A DNA stretch of 64,000 nucleotides from Rhizophagus irregularis (Eukaryota), in assembly GCF_026210795.1 (NCBI RefSeq), contig NC_089436.1, forward strand, positions 1,178,001 to 1,242,000. The letters are read 5' to 3'. Below, one piece after another: positions 49,932 through 63,843 of this stretch. Made by a program: the position numbers and the translations under genes. The notes below the pieces were generated by a model. That model ran no database searches, was not told the origin of the DNA, and worked only from the letters and a program-made list of their open reading frames with translations. Position 1 is the first letter of the stretch. Every line of letters begins with the position of its first letter.

Positions 49932-52900
49932 TTAAAAAAACACTATGATTTAAAAATCATAGTGTTTTTTTAAAAAAATTAATGGGTTCTCTTTATAAAA
50001 AAAAAACCCCTTCTTGACGATCACATTACGTAATTTGCTTAATAATAGGGTAAAAACAAATCCCTTTAATTTATTTAGGGGGGGGGGAGCCGGAAAAATC
50101 ATCCGATCAACAAGCAAATATAAAAAAAGGGTGAGAAACCAAGGAGTAATGCAAAATAATAAATAATTTGTTGCACATGATAAAGAATAGTTGCCAATTT
50201 GTTTCTAAAAAAAAATCAATATGTAAATAAAATTTCAAACGAATATTAAATAATATTTGCGTCAAAGTATCGTTTTAAAAAATAGGAAACGAAAATTGTG
50301 TCGGCTTATATACAGTATATAAATCAATTTTAATGTTACATATAAGTAGTATTCGATAAAAGTAATAATAACGATAAGTGAAAAATAATTTTTCCATACA
50401 AACATGAATGACGAGAAAACGCAAATTAATTTAAATATAAACAAATATATTATAAATATTAAAGGAAAGTTTAGCGTTAATTGTGAACAAAATAATTGTA
50501 CATTAAAATCTCTACAATATCCCTTCAGAAAAGTATTCCCATAAATTCGTCAAGATACGAATAATCATACTTATTTTATGTTTTAAAATTAAAAAATCTA
50601 TGTAAAAAATAAATTCTAATCTACTGCGGAGTAAAACACGATTGGTCGGCTCAAATTTTCTAAAAATTTGTACTTACCAAATTATTTTTGAAAAACGAGT
50701 GTTTAAATAAAAAAATTTGCTTCATACATAATTATAATTTAAGAGAATTCTGATAAATCAACAAGTAGTAAAAGAATTATTATGTAACTAACATTATTAA
50801 TATTATTATATCGGGCTTAACAATTAATAATTGATGCCGTAATTTGTTATATAACAATAAATTTGTTGGTATATCAGTATATGGAAGGTGAAATTTTGAT
50901 TCGTTATAATTTTTCCTTTTACAGAATTTTACTGCCATGCACAGAATTGCAATCATTGCTTTAAATTATAATAGATTTATTTTATTTAGTAGTTAAAGAA
51001 TTAGAAATAACATTTTAGGTAAAAGCTCATTCTTATATCGCAGTAGTTTTCATTTACATTTATGTAAGACTTATTTAACTTATGAAGTTTAAACTAAAAG
51101 TAGTTTGACATTGAAATCATTGAAATCAATTAGTTTTCCGTAAAGAATATGAAAAAATCGAGATCGTATTTAATGATCGGCCGAAATCTGGATCTTTGAA
51201 ATACGTGTCATATTTTTAGTAAATTTTTTTATAAATAATTCTTTGGCTTCCCATTAAGAAGAATCATAATTAATAATTAATTCACTTTTTTAAACCGCAT
51301 GTATAGGAATTGCCCCGATAGTAATAAAACAATGAATTTTAGAATCATTGAAGAAAGATTGTGTACCTCCCCTGAGCCTGAAAAGGGGTAAAATCAAATT
51401 TAACAAATAATTTTAGGTTATTTATCTAAATTTAGTTATATTAAACTTATACCTATTTTTCTTAACTGTTCATGATAAATTTTTTAGGGATGAAATTTCT
51501 CTAATAGTTTATTTGAATCATATTATTTATTATAAGATACAAATATACCCCCCAAAATCGTAAAATTTATACTAACGAAAGGCTTACGTATTCTTATTTC
51601 TTTCTAGGAAGTTCCTTGCAATGACGTCTCAGTCGTCTCTTGTTTGATTAAAAATCAATATTTATTTATATCTCCGTATTATAAATATTTTTTCTATAAC
51701 TAAAGATCGATGATCCTGAATATTTTTAATCGACTACGTCATTAAAAAAAAGGTAAATAATAAATGTTAAAGAAAAGAATTAACAAACAAACTAATAATT
51801 TTAATCTCTCATTTTAGGAAATTTTAATCCTTTATTTGAAATCGATTAAAAATATCAAAAAACTGTCATTAAAAATATTCACGTACATATTTCATGTTTT
51901 TAATCGAACGATAAAACACAATTGGAGGTAGTTCAATTAAACTAACCATTTTTTATATCTATAATAGTAACATATAAATGAAGAATGTATCAGATATTTA
52001 TTTTAATTTTCATTTTTTTAAATTAAATACAGTAATAAAACTTTTGATTTTACTTACAAAATATTTTCTTTCGTGCATTAAGTTCTTGCATTATTACTAA
52101 TTATTACTTTCATATAAATAATATATATATGTATTCATCCCGAATTAACTCTCCACCCATGATAATGAATTTATCTATCGTTCACTAAAATATGATGAAT
52201 ATTTCTGGTACACATCAATTATTTTATTTAAAAGTCTCATTTTTAAATTTTACACGTTATTCTTCTTTTGATGACCATCCCTCCATAAGATTTAATGCTA
52301 CATTTAATAAAAAATATTTTGAGTGATGAAATGTGCGTATTGGATTTTGATATACAATAATAGTGCAAAATCATAATGATAGTTAGTGGCTTGCCAAGCA
52401 ACGAATATTATCACTCGCCACAATATAAATAGATTGGATGATACTTATCACCCGTAGCAACAAGCCTATTTCATCTTTTTGCTTAGATAACAAGCTATAA
52501 AGACATTTTATTTGACTTAGACTAAATCATTAGTAAAATTACAGTTAAGATACGAATACAAATATACAATTAGTTTCATCTAAATTAAAATTAAACTACT
52601 AATTAGAAAAAGAAAAAAGGCCTAAATGATTCAATTAAAATGGCTAAGCAAAACTATTACTTAAGCTAAAAGTTAACTATACAAACGTTTCGTAACCCTT
52701 CCATTGATCTAATTATTAAATCCTTTTCGCAAATGTTTATCTTACGTACTATTCTAGCCGTTCCATAAAGTAATATTGTTTTCATGGCTGCAACCGTGAT
52801 ATTCACATGAGTGGTGGTATAACATAAATTTGCATGAAAGATATGAAATTAATATTATTGTTATTAGAATCTCTAAAAATTGATCATATAAATTTGATTA

Positions 52901-54326
52901 TTCATCTTGATAATAGGACATATACCGAAATTACAACTTATAGATGATAACGAATCTGAATTCAAGGTATCGAGACGCTAATATGAGTAACTAAAATATT
53001 GCAACATATCGTTCCACAATACTCGACTGATCTGTTAATCGTTTCTGAGATTCTGTATATAATGGTATATTTGCGGTCAATGGTTGGAATATAGAAATTT
53101 GCGATAAATATAAATCGTAAATTAATTAATGAAAGGTGTTCTGTATCAATTGCAAAATTAATTCATAAACATTAGATTGTTTTATGGCAAAACGTACTCA
53201 CTTTTTATCACTTTTCATAGAATTTGCGCAAATGATTCGTTTTCTGATACCTAATCAACATCGTTGTGCAGTATTATTAATTTTGCTAACTTTTCTAATA
53301 ATTAAAAAGTATCATTTGTTAGTAAGAATATAAGATGTTTATAAAACACATCCAAGTTATTTTTCCCTAATCTCTGGAAAGATCTGATTTTTTAATACCA
53401 ATATAAAGTAAGGAATTGTTACTTTAAGATAATTACATACTTTAGATAACTTATTGCTCTTCCAGCATCGAATATTGATTGAATACCAGATTCTTAAACG
53501 ACTCCTTCCGATGCCATATACACCTGAATCATCTTCATATTCATTAAGTATCCCGTGTGATACTAGAAGTTCTAAAAGATATAGTGAGTTCGTATATTTT
53601 AAATTGATTTAGAATAATTAAAATAAAAATATATATATTTTTATGTACCTGATATTGTTGAAATATATAAAAAAATTTTCTTGATTTTACATCATATTAC
53701 AAATGTTAAATGATATTGGCATTCATCTTATCTTTGATCATTTAATTTTGTCGCTGATAAATCTTTTAAATATTATCCCTTCTAATTAATTGATAGTAGC
53801 GACCTGATCAAATACCCAGGCCATCAGAATCGATATCATTACGCATAATTAATAGATGATCTTTTTTTTGTTTTCAAGTAAGATTAAGTGCAAATAAAAA
53901 GTATACATTTTTTTATTTGCTTAATTATTAATCTCATGTTTGTATATAATCTTACCTATTCTTAATTTTTTCATTTCCTTAAGAGTACTATCAGACCATC
54001 AGAAGGGCCGTATCAAAATTAAGCACTTTTTTTTATTAAAAAAAAAAAAAGATGACGCCTTATCGATAATTGGTCGATGCATAGTTCTAGCCCACTTGCC
54101 TGTTTCATGGCATATTGAATGATATACTGTATAATATTTTAAAAGAAAAAAGAGATATGTATTACCGCCATTACGTAATCTCTGAGCTTATCAGCTTATC
54201 ATTCGGCATTAAAAAGCAAGCCACAAAGTTCCACAACGCTTATCTCATCGTATTATGTCATAAAGATCATTTTTTTTTATTTAATTATTTTAAGATACAC
54301 AAAAATAAGACAATTAAAAAAAAAAT

Positions 54327-55971
54327 CTAGATATCAACTAAATCGACTTGCCTTTCTTCTTCATTTTCATTTCTCCTTCTATTACCAATTTTCAATTTCC
54401 ATATAGAAAAATATTCATACCCTTTAATAAGCAAAATTCTTCCAATTTCATAACATGTAAAAAATATCAAACACCAGAGACTAAACCAAAAATAACTTTC
54501 CCAATGCATAACAAATTTTCTTTGATGACAAAAAGTAGATTGAAAACTATACATCCCTTTACTTTCAGAATAAAATGATGTCCAATAATTTGCTAGTAAA
54601 GTCATTGGCAACAAATTATAATAAGCTGGGTTCTTCTTTGGATAAACTCTTGGTCTCGTTCCTGTTGCATCAAATAAAAAACTTGTTCTCTTCGCCCTTA
54701 GTTCTGTCATAATTCCTTCGTATGTGATGTTAGGAACATTAAGAACTGTCCATGCATATGCGCCTGTTGAAGGAAAATGTACATCTGATCCTGTAAGCAT
54801 TAACATATTATTTTGTTGTACGAACAAATATGTTTGCCAGTCAAATGTATCTCCATTGATTACTTCGAATCCATCAACTCCCTATTATGATAAATATCAT
54901 TTTTAAAATTAATAAAATTACTACAATTATTACACATATTCAGATTCTAATTAATAACGAATACCATATCTCGAAGTTTCTCTCTTGAAGGATGCTCTGG
55001 CAACGTTCCAACTTGATATCCCCATTCAGTACTGTTACTCCATGGAATATGATTTACAGATACTAAACCACCTAATTTATGAACATGATCTATTATTTCT
55101 TCTAACCTTTCATCTGAAGGAAAATCTGGAAAAACATCTACCGTTTCATTTATACCAATAAACTGCATATGGAGTCGACAGGAACTATTCAAATAAAAAA
55201 AGGTTAATGTTATTAATAATTAGTTAAATGAATTTATTTTATATAATTAAGGTTAATTAAGAGTTAAATTTTTTTTTTTTTTACCTATATTCCATTGCCG
55301 GTATTACAGTGATCGAATCATTATATTTTTCACGTGCAATTCTTTGGGCTTCTAAAGCACCTTCAATATTATTGTGATCACTTACAATTATAGCATTATA
55401 TCCATTAGCTATTTATTAAGTATCGAAATAGAACGAAATAGAAAATATTTTAGAATTTTTTTTTAAATTTAAGAAAGAAATCCATTAAATAAAATATATT
55501 TTTACCTATTGCCCATTTTAATAATTGCTCGGGGTTCATTCGACCATCAGAAAATTTTGTATGTGAGTGACCATCTAATAATACATTGAATTCACCAAAA
55601 TCATTATCTATTGGAGTCATATAAGATCTAGGATCAAATCTCCAATTAAATTCAATATCAGAATAATCATTTGAATCGGGTATAGCTTTATATTTAAAAA
55701 TAGTCAAAAAAGTGAAAAGAAATACAAGGATAAGGATAAACTGTAAAAAACGTAATAGTACATCATGTAAATATAATCGAAATTTTAACGGTATCTTTAT
55801 TTCACTTAAAACTGGTCCAGTACCACCATTCAACCGATGACGCTGGTTTTGTGGAGGTGAAGAAGTTGTTGGTAGAAGTGGAGTTTCAGGACTTATATCA
55901 AATTCTGATGAGTTCAATGTATTATAATTTTGTGTAGGACGAGAAAGAAGTGCATTTTCCTCCTGGTCCAT
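54327..55971 (-). CDS. Membrane-anchored PHP-domain (polymerase/histidinol phosphatase-like) metallophosphoesterase, 454 aa; exons 55971-55506, 55408-55285, 55184-54965, 54881-54327
   Basis: PHP motifs DGHSHTKFSDG, VSDHN, PAMEYS, LH, VNH, FEVING and GSDVH. Three GT-AG introns give a continuous 1365-nt frame. Hydrophobic segments flank the domain on both sides. Confidence 0.9.
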
Positions 55972-56192
55972 TTTATATTTGAGAGAAAAGGAAAAAAAAA
56001 TATAAAATAATAAAAATAAGTGAACTTCAACTTTAATAAATGAGAGAGAGAAGCATGGTTCTATACTCAAATTGGTAAGGTTTTCAGTTACAATTAATAA
56101 TGTTTACCTGTTACAGACGATCAGCACTATAATTGTACAACTTGTACGAAAATAAAAATACATCGAAAACCATAAAATATAGATTATATAGA

Positions 56193-56354
56193 AAACATGT
56201 CATGTATAGAGGCCTATGTATGTACGTATAGCAATGTATGGCAACGTCCGGTATACATCACATCACCCCACCCTACAGTATGGTAAAAATGACCATACAT
56301 ACCGTACGTTGATCACTATACAGACATACATAGGCCTCTATACATGACATGTTT
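56193..56354. mobile_element. MITE with perfect 31-bp TIRs upstream of the PHP gene
   Basis: AAACATGTCATGTATAGAGGCCTATGTATGT / ACATACATAGGCCTCTATACATGACATGTTT. Confidence 0.8.
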
Positions 56355-59300
56355 CCGTTGTACGCATATTTTAAAGAAGGAAATTTCCACCAATATGAAT
56401 CCGAACGTGTTGAAATTTTAGCATTATATATTAAAAATGTGATGAACTAACTTACTTAGGCAATAAAAGCACATTAAGACTGAAAAATTTTATGTTTAAT
56501 TATAGCTAAAATTTTGAATAACATTATCTGCGATATATAATTCAGCATTAATGGTATTTACTTGAAATTTTCAGGATATACGCAAATAATTATGATGCAC
56601 AGATTTACTTATAAAGTAAAAGACAATTTAATTAATAAATAAAAATGTTTACTTATAAGAAACTATTCAAAATTGGTATCTGACTGTCATCTGACGCAAA
56701 TCGACACCTGACGCACAACATATATATAGTATATTATTTTACAAATAATCATGTTAAATCTGGAAGAAAAATTAATTTTGTAATGGATGAAGAAAATATC
56801 TCTTCTATTGCAAGAATTCCAGTAAACTATTGGCTAATTCTGTTGGATACTTGGATTATAATCATTTCTCCAATTAGTTTTTTTTTGTATTGCATTTTTT
56901 GGAATTTAATATATGTCCGTAGGTATTAGTAGGGATTTTGGCAAGAGTTTGGATTATGGATTTCGGCAAATTGACAAGCTATAATTTGGCATATATCGAA
57001 TCTCAAACATATTACTAAGTTTTGCACCAATTATCCGATTAATCAAAAATTCATGTCACGAATAAAAAATCATTTAATATAAAAGGAAAAAGTATGGAAC
57101 GTGTAATGATGTTTGCAAAGATTTTCTTTGCTGAAACCTATCGATTTTGAAAAATGGGTTGGAAATATTTTTAGAAACTGATTGACATATTGCATGTACT
57201 GTACATTTATGTTAACTCTATTGTAACTCGACATTTGTATGGCAAGCCACTCTGGTGAAAAGTCTGTCATATTTTACAGCGGGTAGAATCTGGTAGATAC
57301 TGTTAATATCGGTGGGTTATGCGGCGGGTTACCCTTGTACTGACCGCAGTAGTAAACAATGGATGCCTGCTATAGTAAACAGCGGTATCTGCCCAAAGTA
57401 AACAGCAGGTACCCGCTACTGGTCTCTAATTTTTTTTGAGGCAATTTTGACGTATATGGAAAAATTATAATTAATTTTGGGCGAATCTTTTAAATTTTTC
57501 CATATTAGCAGACCCTCCGCAGGTTGGATGTTACATTATGTACGTTCATAAACTGTAAGTTTAGACGATTGTAAGTCTCATGATTACAACTGACGCGATT
57601 TATTTGATATATTTAATATATTTATTAATTTAATTTAACTTATTTTTCGTGATTTCATCACCTACACTTATAATAATAATATACAAATTCTTGATTTATT
57701 GATTGAGTATTTCCACTTCATATTTTCTATAATGACCCAATATTAATAAAATATAGAAATCAAATTAGTGGTCAACTATTATAAAGCAATATTGTCTGAT
57801 TAATCTTCGAAGTGATTGACTAACTGATAATTTAGTGATGCGCATTTTGATTGGCTTTACGAATTAAATGTAATAAATTATTAAGCGGGAAATAATCTGC
57901 AAAGTAGCTATTAAAAATCGGGTGAACTTTGTTATTTTTTCTTTATAGACAAGTATGCATTTCTTAAATATAATTTCAAATATAAAGCTAAATATATATA
58001 AATGCATTAGTTGGCTATACTTACTTAAGGTTTGGTGCCTTTTCTAAAGAAATGAAAAATGTTTTGTATGTGGTGAAGTTTTTGTACGACACTCACAGAT
58101 TCCTGTGTAACAATCGCAAATTCCTGTGTAACCATATATATGACTTTTAACTTGCGTGTATGCATCATTAAATGATATTATACAAAGGTCAAAAAATTAA
58201 AATTTACTCTATACTAATGTAGAAATTGGTGTTAAACCAACTTTTGATAAAGAAAATTCATGTAAGATCTATTTTATGATTTTATACTTTCCCCCAAAAA
58301 ATTCTCTACTTTTTAGACAGATTACGAATTAAATATTTTTCTTTAACGTATGTAACTTGTAAAAGATAACTTAATTAACTTATAATAACACGTTATACAT
58401 TAGCAAATAGTTTTATATTTAGTATAATAACACAAATTATTTTGGCGTCACAATAAATAAAATATAATGATAATTTTTCTTAAAAAATTTTATGACATTT
58501 CGCAGTGAAATTCAACTTGGGATCAACTTTACACACACACGTACCATAAATGACATGTTAATAATAAAAATAGAAGTTTAATATTTGCGCAATAACTATC
58601 ATTGGAACAAGTCTTATTGCTCTTGTGACCGGTTATTGGTTTATCAGGACCCAGAAATATATATACTGTACGGGGTAGGGTACACAGATGCGTCGAATTA
58701 GACGGAGTAAAGTTTTGATTTGCGTACAATTAAGAATTTTTCATCCATATAATATATTTACTGTACATTAATCGCATTTATTGTAATATTTAGTATTAAT
58801 TGAAAAAAATTTCTAAGAGTTAAAAAGTGAAATTTTAGAAAAATATTATTGAAAAAATGGTAAATCCTATTTTTTCACATTAGTATTTGGTTTTATAAAT
58901 AATATGAAAGTCATGATAAAATAATTTATAACTTAATGTCTGAATTTTATTTGCGTATTTTTGCAGGATTTTCAATATCAGGGGTCAATTATGCGTACTA
59001 CTCATATAAAAAGTCTCTCCACCTGACCCTTATATATATATTTCTGGGTCCTGGTTTATCTAAAGTAAAAGAATTTATCCTGGTCATGCATTAAATACGT
59101 AATAAAATTTAATTATTATATTATAGTTTTTAAAGTCTGTAAAGTCTGTAATTGTATTAATTTGTACTAGGTGACTGGTGACGATATGTTGAAAAATAAT
59201 ATCAAAATTATACCGATATTTATATTAGTGGGAAAACAAAATTTTATCGTTAAATCGTTTTTTAAATATATATCAGTATATCGAACATCAGATCTGAATG

Positions 59301-59540
59301 TATTTTTTTTTGATACATTACATTATTAAATTAGAATATAAATTTTATAGAAATTTATTTATTTATTCTTATACATGTATTACATGTATTACATATATAT
59401 ATATGGTGCATGATCTTTGGCGTCTGTATAATAACATAGTTATTGGTTAGATATTACAAACTGCTTCGTAGTTCGATTTAACGAAACGTGTTTCTCTCTT
59501 TTTTCTTTTAAAAAAGATGGATTTCAGATATTCATCACGT

Positions 59541-59733
59541 TCGTTGGACCTAATCAATTTCGTCGATATCAATCCTTAGTAGATAAATTTATTTAAAAAA
59601 TACACATCTTAAACCCAATTTATTCTGTAATGTCTAAGTTTTAATCTGGATGAAAAAGCTGAAGTATGAACCTATGAACCCGAAGTGGCCCAATTAAGGT
59701 CTGTACGAATCAAGATTAAAACTAATTCAGAAT
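59541..59733 (+). pseudogene. Highly decayed exon-1 remnant of the pseudokinase family
   Basis: Patches: DKFI, IYSV, NLDEKAEV*T and RSGPIKV. Confidence 0.7.
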
Positions 59734-61415
59734 GTTTGTCTATTAGATAGGCCGGCGTCTAAGTTCTTTTTAATCACAGTCGCTAATTCGATATTATCGT
59801 CTATCAATTAATATGGTTCTATAAGATTACCAATTCTCTATGATATATTTATTCAGCAATAAAAAAATAACCTGGAATATCACGATTTCATCCAGAGAAA
59901 TATTACAATCGATCAAAGCTGCTGGTATTTAAAACAATTACTCTTTCATATTTAAAAGATGAAATTTTTTATCCATCAAAATGAAATGTTTGTGATATAT
60001 ATATATACATTTAGGCAAAGGGTTGTAAAACATATTCATTTACTTTGATATTATATTTTAGGTCACAGGACCGATATAGCCCCACATCCAATAAAAATGA
60101 TATCGTTCTGACGGTTTTGATCATGTATTTAATAATTAACTTTCATTTTTATGCTATTTCTAATCCACTTTATATAAGCTTTATTTAAACTTTTCCTATA
60201 AAAATTTCATCTCCCTCATATTTTTTTACTCCACTTTATTATATCAATAATGTATTATTGCTATGCCTAATAAAAATATCGGTCTATGAAAATCTGCATG
60301 GGCTGAATTCGAATTAAAATTTAATGGTTAATCTTTTGAATTCTTTAGTAATATAATTTAATGATTGTATATCATATAAATAATTATAATAATGTTATTG
60401 GTAATTAGTATATAAACAATTGATATAATACTATAATAATATATGAATTATAATAAATTGCAGTTTAATATAAACATGTAGTGTTTAAATAATTTAGGAT
60501 TTTGCAGAGATTTGGAATTTGTGATTAGGAAACCAATATATGCAGAAGGCCGAAATGTTTCAAATACCCAACTTCAGTGCTTTCGTAAAAAACGAAGCAA
60601 TGTAAGACTTGATTGTAACTGATCTTAGTCGTCAGTCAATTATAGATATATAGATATCAACTACATTAATTGATTACATTAACTTGAAAGTTACTTTTAA
60701 GAATGACAAAATAACATTTAGTTATTTACTTTTCTATAAAATATTTTCAGGAGTCAATGATGTAATTTCGCATTTATATATTGTCTGAGTTGCGTTAAGA
60801 TTATCTCTAATTACAAGTTGACATTAATATGCACCATACAATAAGATATTTATTTTGTTCTATAATTAGCAGAAAAAAATAGTATTTATACAGGTTAATA
60901 TAGAATGAGAATATAGCCATCATGATTGTATTGTTTCAAGAAACCAAATACAAACGATAAGTCATCAAGAAATTAAATTGTGCGATTATATGCGTAGATT
61001 TATCAAATATGTGTAATACCTGAAAATCTACACCTTGTGAATAAGCAATTACATAGTTTCAGTAATCTTCATCTTAAAGTTTACATAAAATCACATAAAC
61101 AGGTATTTTCAGTATTTAGCAATTTTAAAAAAAGGTGTAAATACGCAATTTTAAGTAATTTACATATAAATATATTGGTCAAAATATTCTTAGTATTTTG
61201 TATTTTAAAAAATTACATGTATTTTATATAAATAGAAAATTTTAGCAATAAAAAATACACGATGTTATGTATATAATATAATATGTAAAAATTAGTGATA
61301 TAACTAAGGTATTCAGTTCGGTTCTCAAGGTATGTAAAATAAATTGAAATTAATTTTGTAATTTTTCGATATTAAAAAAATGCGAGATCCCTGTAGATTA
61401 GCGTGGTTTTTCATA

Positions 61416-61906
61416 TACCGTATAGTTCCGAAATTAAGCAACCCCCGAAAATAAGCAACCTTCCAATTATTATAGTTCCGAAAATAAGCAACTCACGAAC
61501 TTCTGTAATAAAAAGGTAATAAACGTAATAAAGAAACATTTAATATTGCTAAAATCACTTAACACTTCAAAATGATGGACAATTTTATTAAGTATTATAA
61601 ACATTAATTATGCAAATTGTTCCAAATTACAGTAATTCTTAACAACTATTTCTCTAATGGTGCTAATATGTCTTCTCTTTTTTTGTGGCATACTGTGTAG
61701 TAAATTTTAACTGAAACATGAGAAACAAGAATGCGCGGCTGATTTATAGATCACAATATTGTACAGATCATATATTTGATCATTTAAATGCACAGTTTTC
61801 TTCGGATTTTTCGGATTTTTCGGATTTTTATTCAAAAAAAAAACTACCCCGAAATTAAGCAACTCTATAATAAAAAAAGGTTGCTTAATTTCGGAACTAT
61901 ACGATA
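61416..61906. mobile_element. pogo/Tigger-like MITE with TA duplication
   Basis: TACCGTATAGTTCCGAAATTAAGCAACC / GGTTGCTTAATTTCGGAACTATACGATA, 28 bp with 1 mismatch. Internal reiterations of CCGAAAWTAAGCAAC. Confidence 0.85.
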
Positions 61907-62444
61907 TGTATAATTTCACAGATCTATACCCTATCAAATCTGATGATGAAAGCAATTCATCATGTCGACTAATACAGTACGTAGCTTTGAGATTTTGCAA
62001 ATGTTGAACATATTTGAAAAGTTCGTCAGCATTTCTATATTCAGCAGGATGTGATGGAAGTATTTTTTAAGGAATAATGCTGAGAAGCTTTGATTGGATT
62101 AAAGGATATTTATATAATACTAGTTCAGTGGCTTTATTTTATTTTATTCTAAAGAGTGGTAAATCATGCCTAATACAATTATAGTTATATGAATGAACAA
62201 AGTGAACTATCTGGTATCAAGAACTAGATTTTCATCCCAATATGAGGACCTCACCCTTAGCACTATTTTAACAGTAAAACTACGCTACTGATAATAGTTC
62301 AGTGGCTTGAATGAAATTAGCTTAACGAATGGCGCAGCAAAATATAACGTGATTGTAGATCATCAATCACATGGTTTATTACAAGTCCAACACTAATGGG
62401 CTGAGAATTTTTATTTTGGTTATAAAAATTTTGTCAATAATTTC

Positions 62445-62552
62445 TTTGCAGATTGTTTTAGCATAACTAAAGATTTGACATCATGTTGCATGCTCATTAT
62501 AAGATATGAAATGAGAATTTATCTTGGGGAGTCCCGTATTGTAGATATCATG
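62445..62552 (+). pseudogene. Decayed exon-2 remnant of the pseudokinase family (may pair with 59541-59733)
   Basis: Reads ADCFSITKDLTSCCMLIIRY, against ADCFGITKDPTSCYMFVMRY in intact copies, then ATTGTAGATAT (IVD). Confidence 0.75.
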
Positions 62553-63843
62553 CATTAATTGTTCAACTATAAAAACTATTAAGCTTGGAAATTTAATTTG
62601 AGTTTAATTTGGCTCATATAAATTTATAATAACATTATTTACAAAAGTACCATTGATGCATACTGTAAATGATAATGAATTTGTTTTTTGGAAGGTTGGC
62701 GTAACGGAAAATATTTCATGCAATAATTACAAATTTAAATATAATTTTTAATTTCTCTGATATTTCATTCCTTTTTAGTGGAATAGAAGTTCCTATTGGA
62801 ATTCTCATATATTTATATTTCCAACAATACAGTCAGTGAAATGATATCGAGATAGTACTAAATCAAGAATATCTAAAGAAATTAAAATAAATAAGATAAT
62901 CCGTTACGTTTTCGTATACATATTATTAATAATACGAGTTATCACTTTATCAATTTATCGAACCACAACAACCTTCATTCCGTAAAGACAAGATAAATTT
63001 CAGCACAAGATTCTTTTGCAAGTAAATATTTATGAATGAATTTTCGTCAGATTATTCGGCAATTATGATGACTTTTGCCGAATTATATGTAAAAGGGAAT
63101 ACAGCAATATTAAACCTATATAGTCACATTAGTAAACGGGAGGATTATCATCATAGAGTTAAAAAGTATTTAACCTTAATTAATTTATATCAAATAATAA
63201 CTTTATCTTATTGTAAGTAGAAACGATGATTCGGGATGATTCGGAATGCATTGCACGTTCCTTGGCGTTCACGGATTTAGCTCACTTGATGATCGGAGTG
63301 TCGATCATTTTGGCGTTAATTTTGGCCAAAATGATCGAAATTCGATCAAGTGAGTCGTGTAGATCATTCCTTTTTTGATAATTCCAGGCGGCATTACGAA
63401 ATTTTGGCCCTGAAAAGATACATAGAGCTAATAGTGTATGCGTGGGTCCCGATATCAAATATTTGGAATATTACCAAATTTCGGTATGCTTAAGCAGGAT
63501 AACAAATTATTTTTTTTTTCCTCGAAAGCGGATACTCTAAATCTTGTGGATACAAAATCAAATTACGTGCAACATATACTATAAAACACATGTTTCTTAA
63601 CTATGCAGATAATAAATTGGCATTTGTGTACAGCATTAATAATTTTAGCTTGATTCGTCTGTAATCCCCTGTCGCACTAAGTGTCACCCATGATCACCTC
63701 ATACTAATTTTTAAAAATTGCGAGTGATTAGCTGAGTTTGTAAATGACCGGGAATCTTCGTTTACTTATTTCCCGGGCCCCATATAGATAGCCGGGAAAT
63801 TACTACTTTTAGTTTACAGCTGATTTCATAATGTACGGGACAC

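Noticed and set aside
51590..53860. Exon-like fragments with plausible splice sites on both strands (possible decayed multi-exon genes)
   Set aside because: There are many stops and frameshifts, and I could not assign a family with any confidence.
54348..54906. Plus-strand ORFs 54348-54578 and 54724-54906
   Set aside because: They are antisense shadows of the last exon of the PHP gene.
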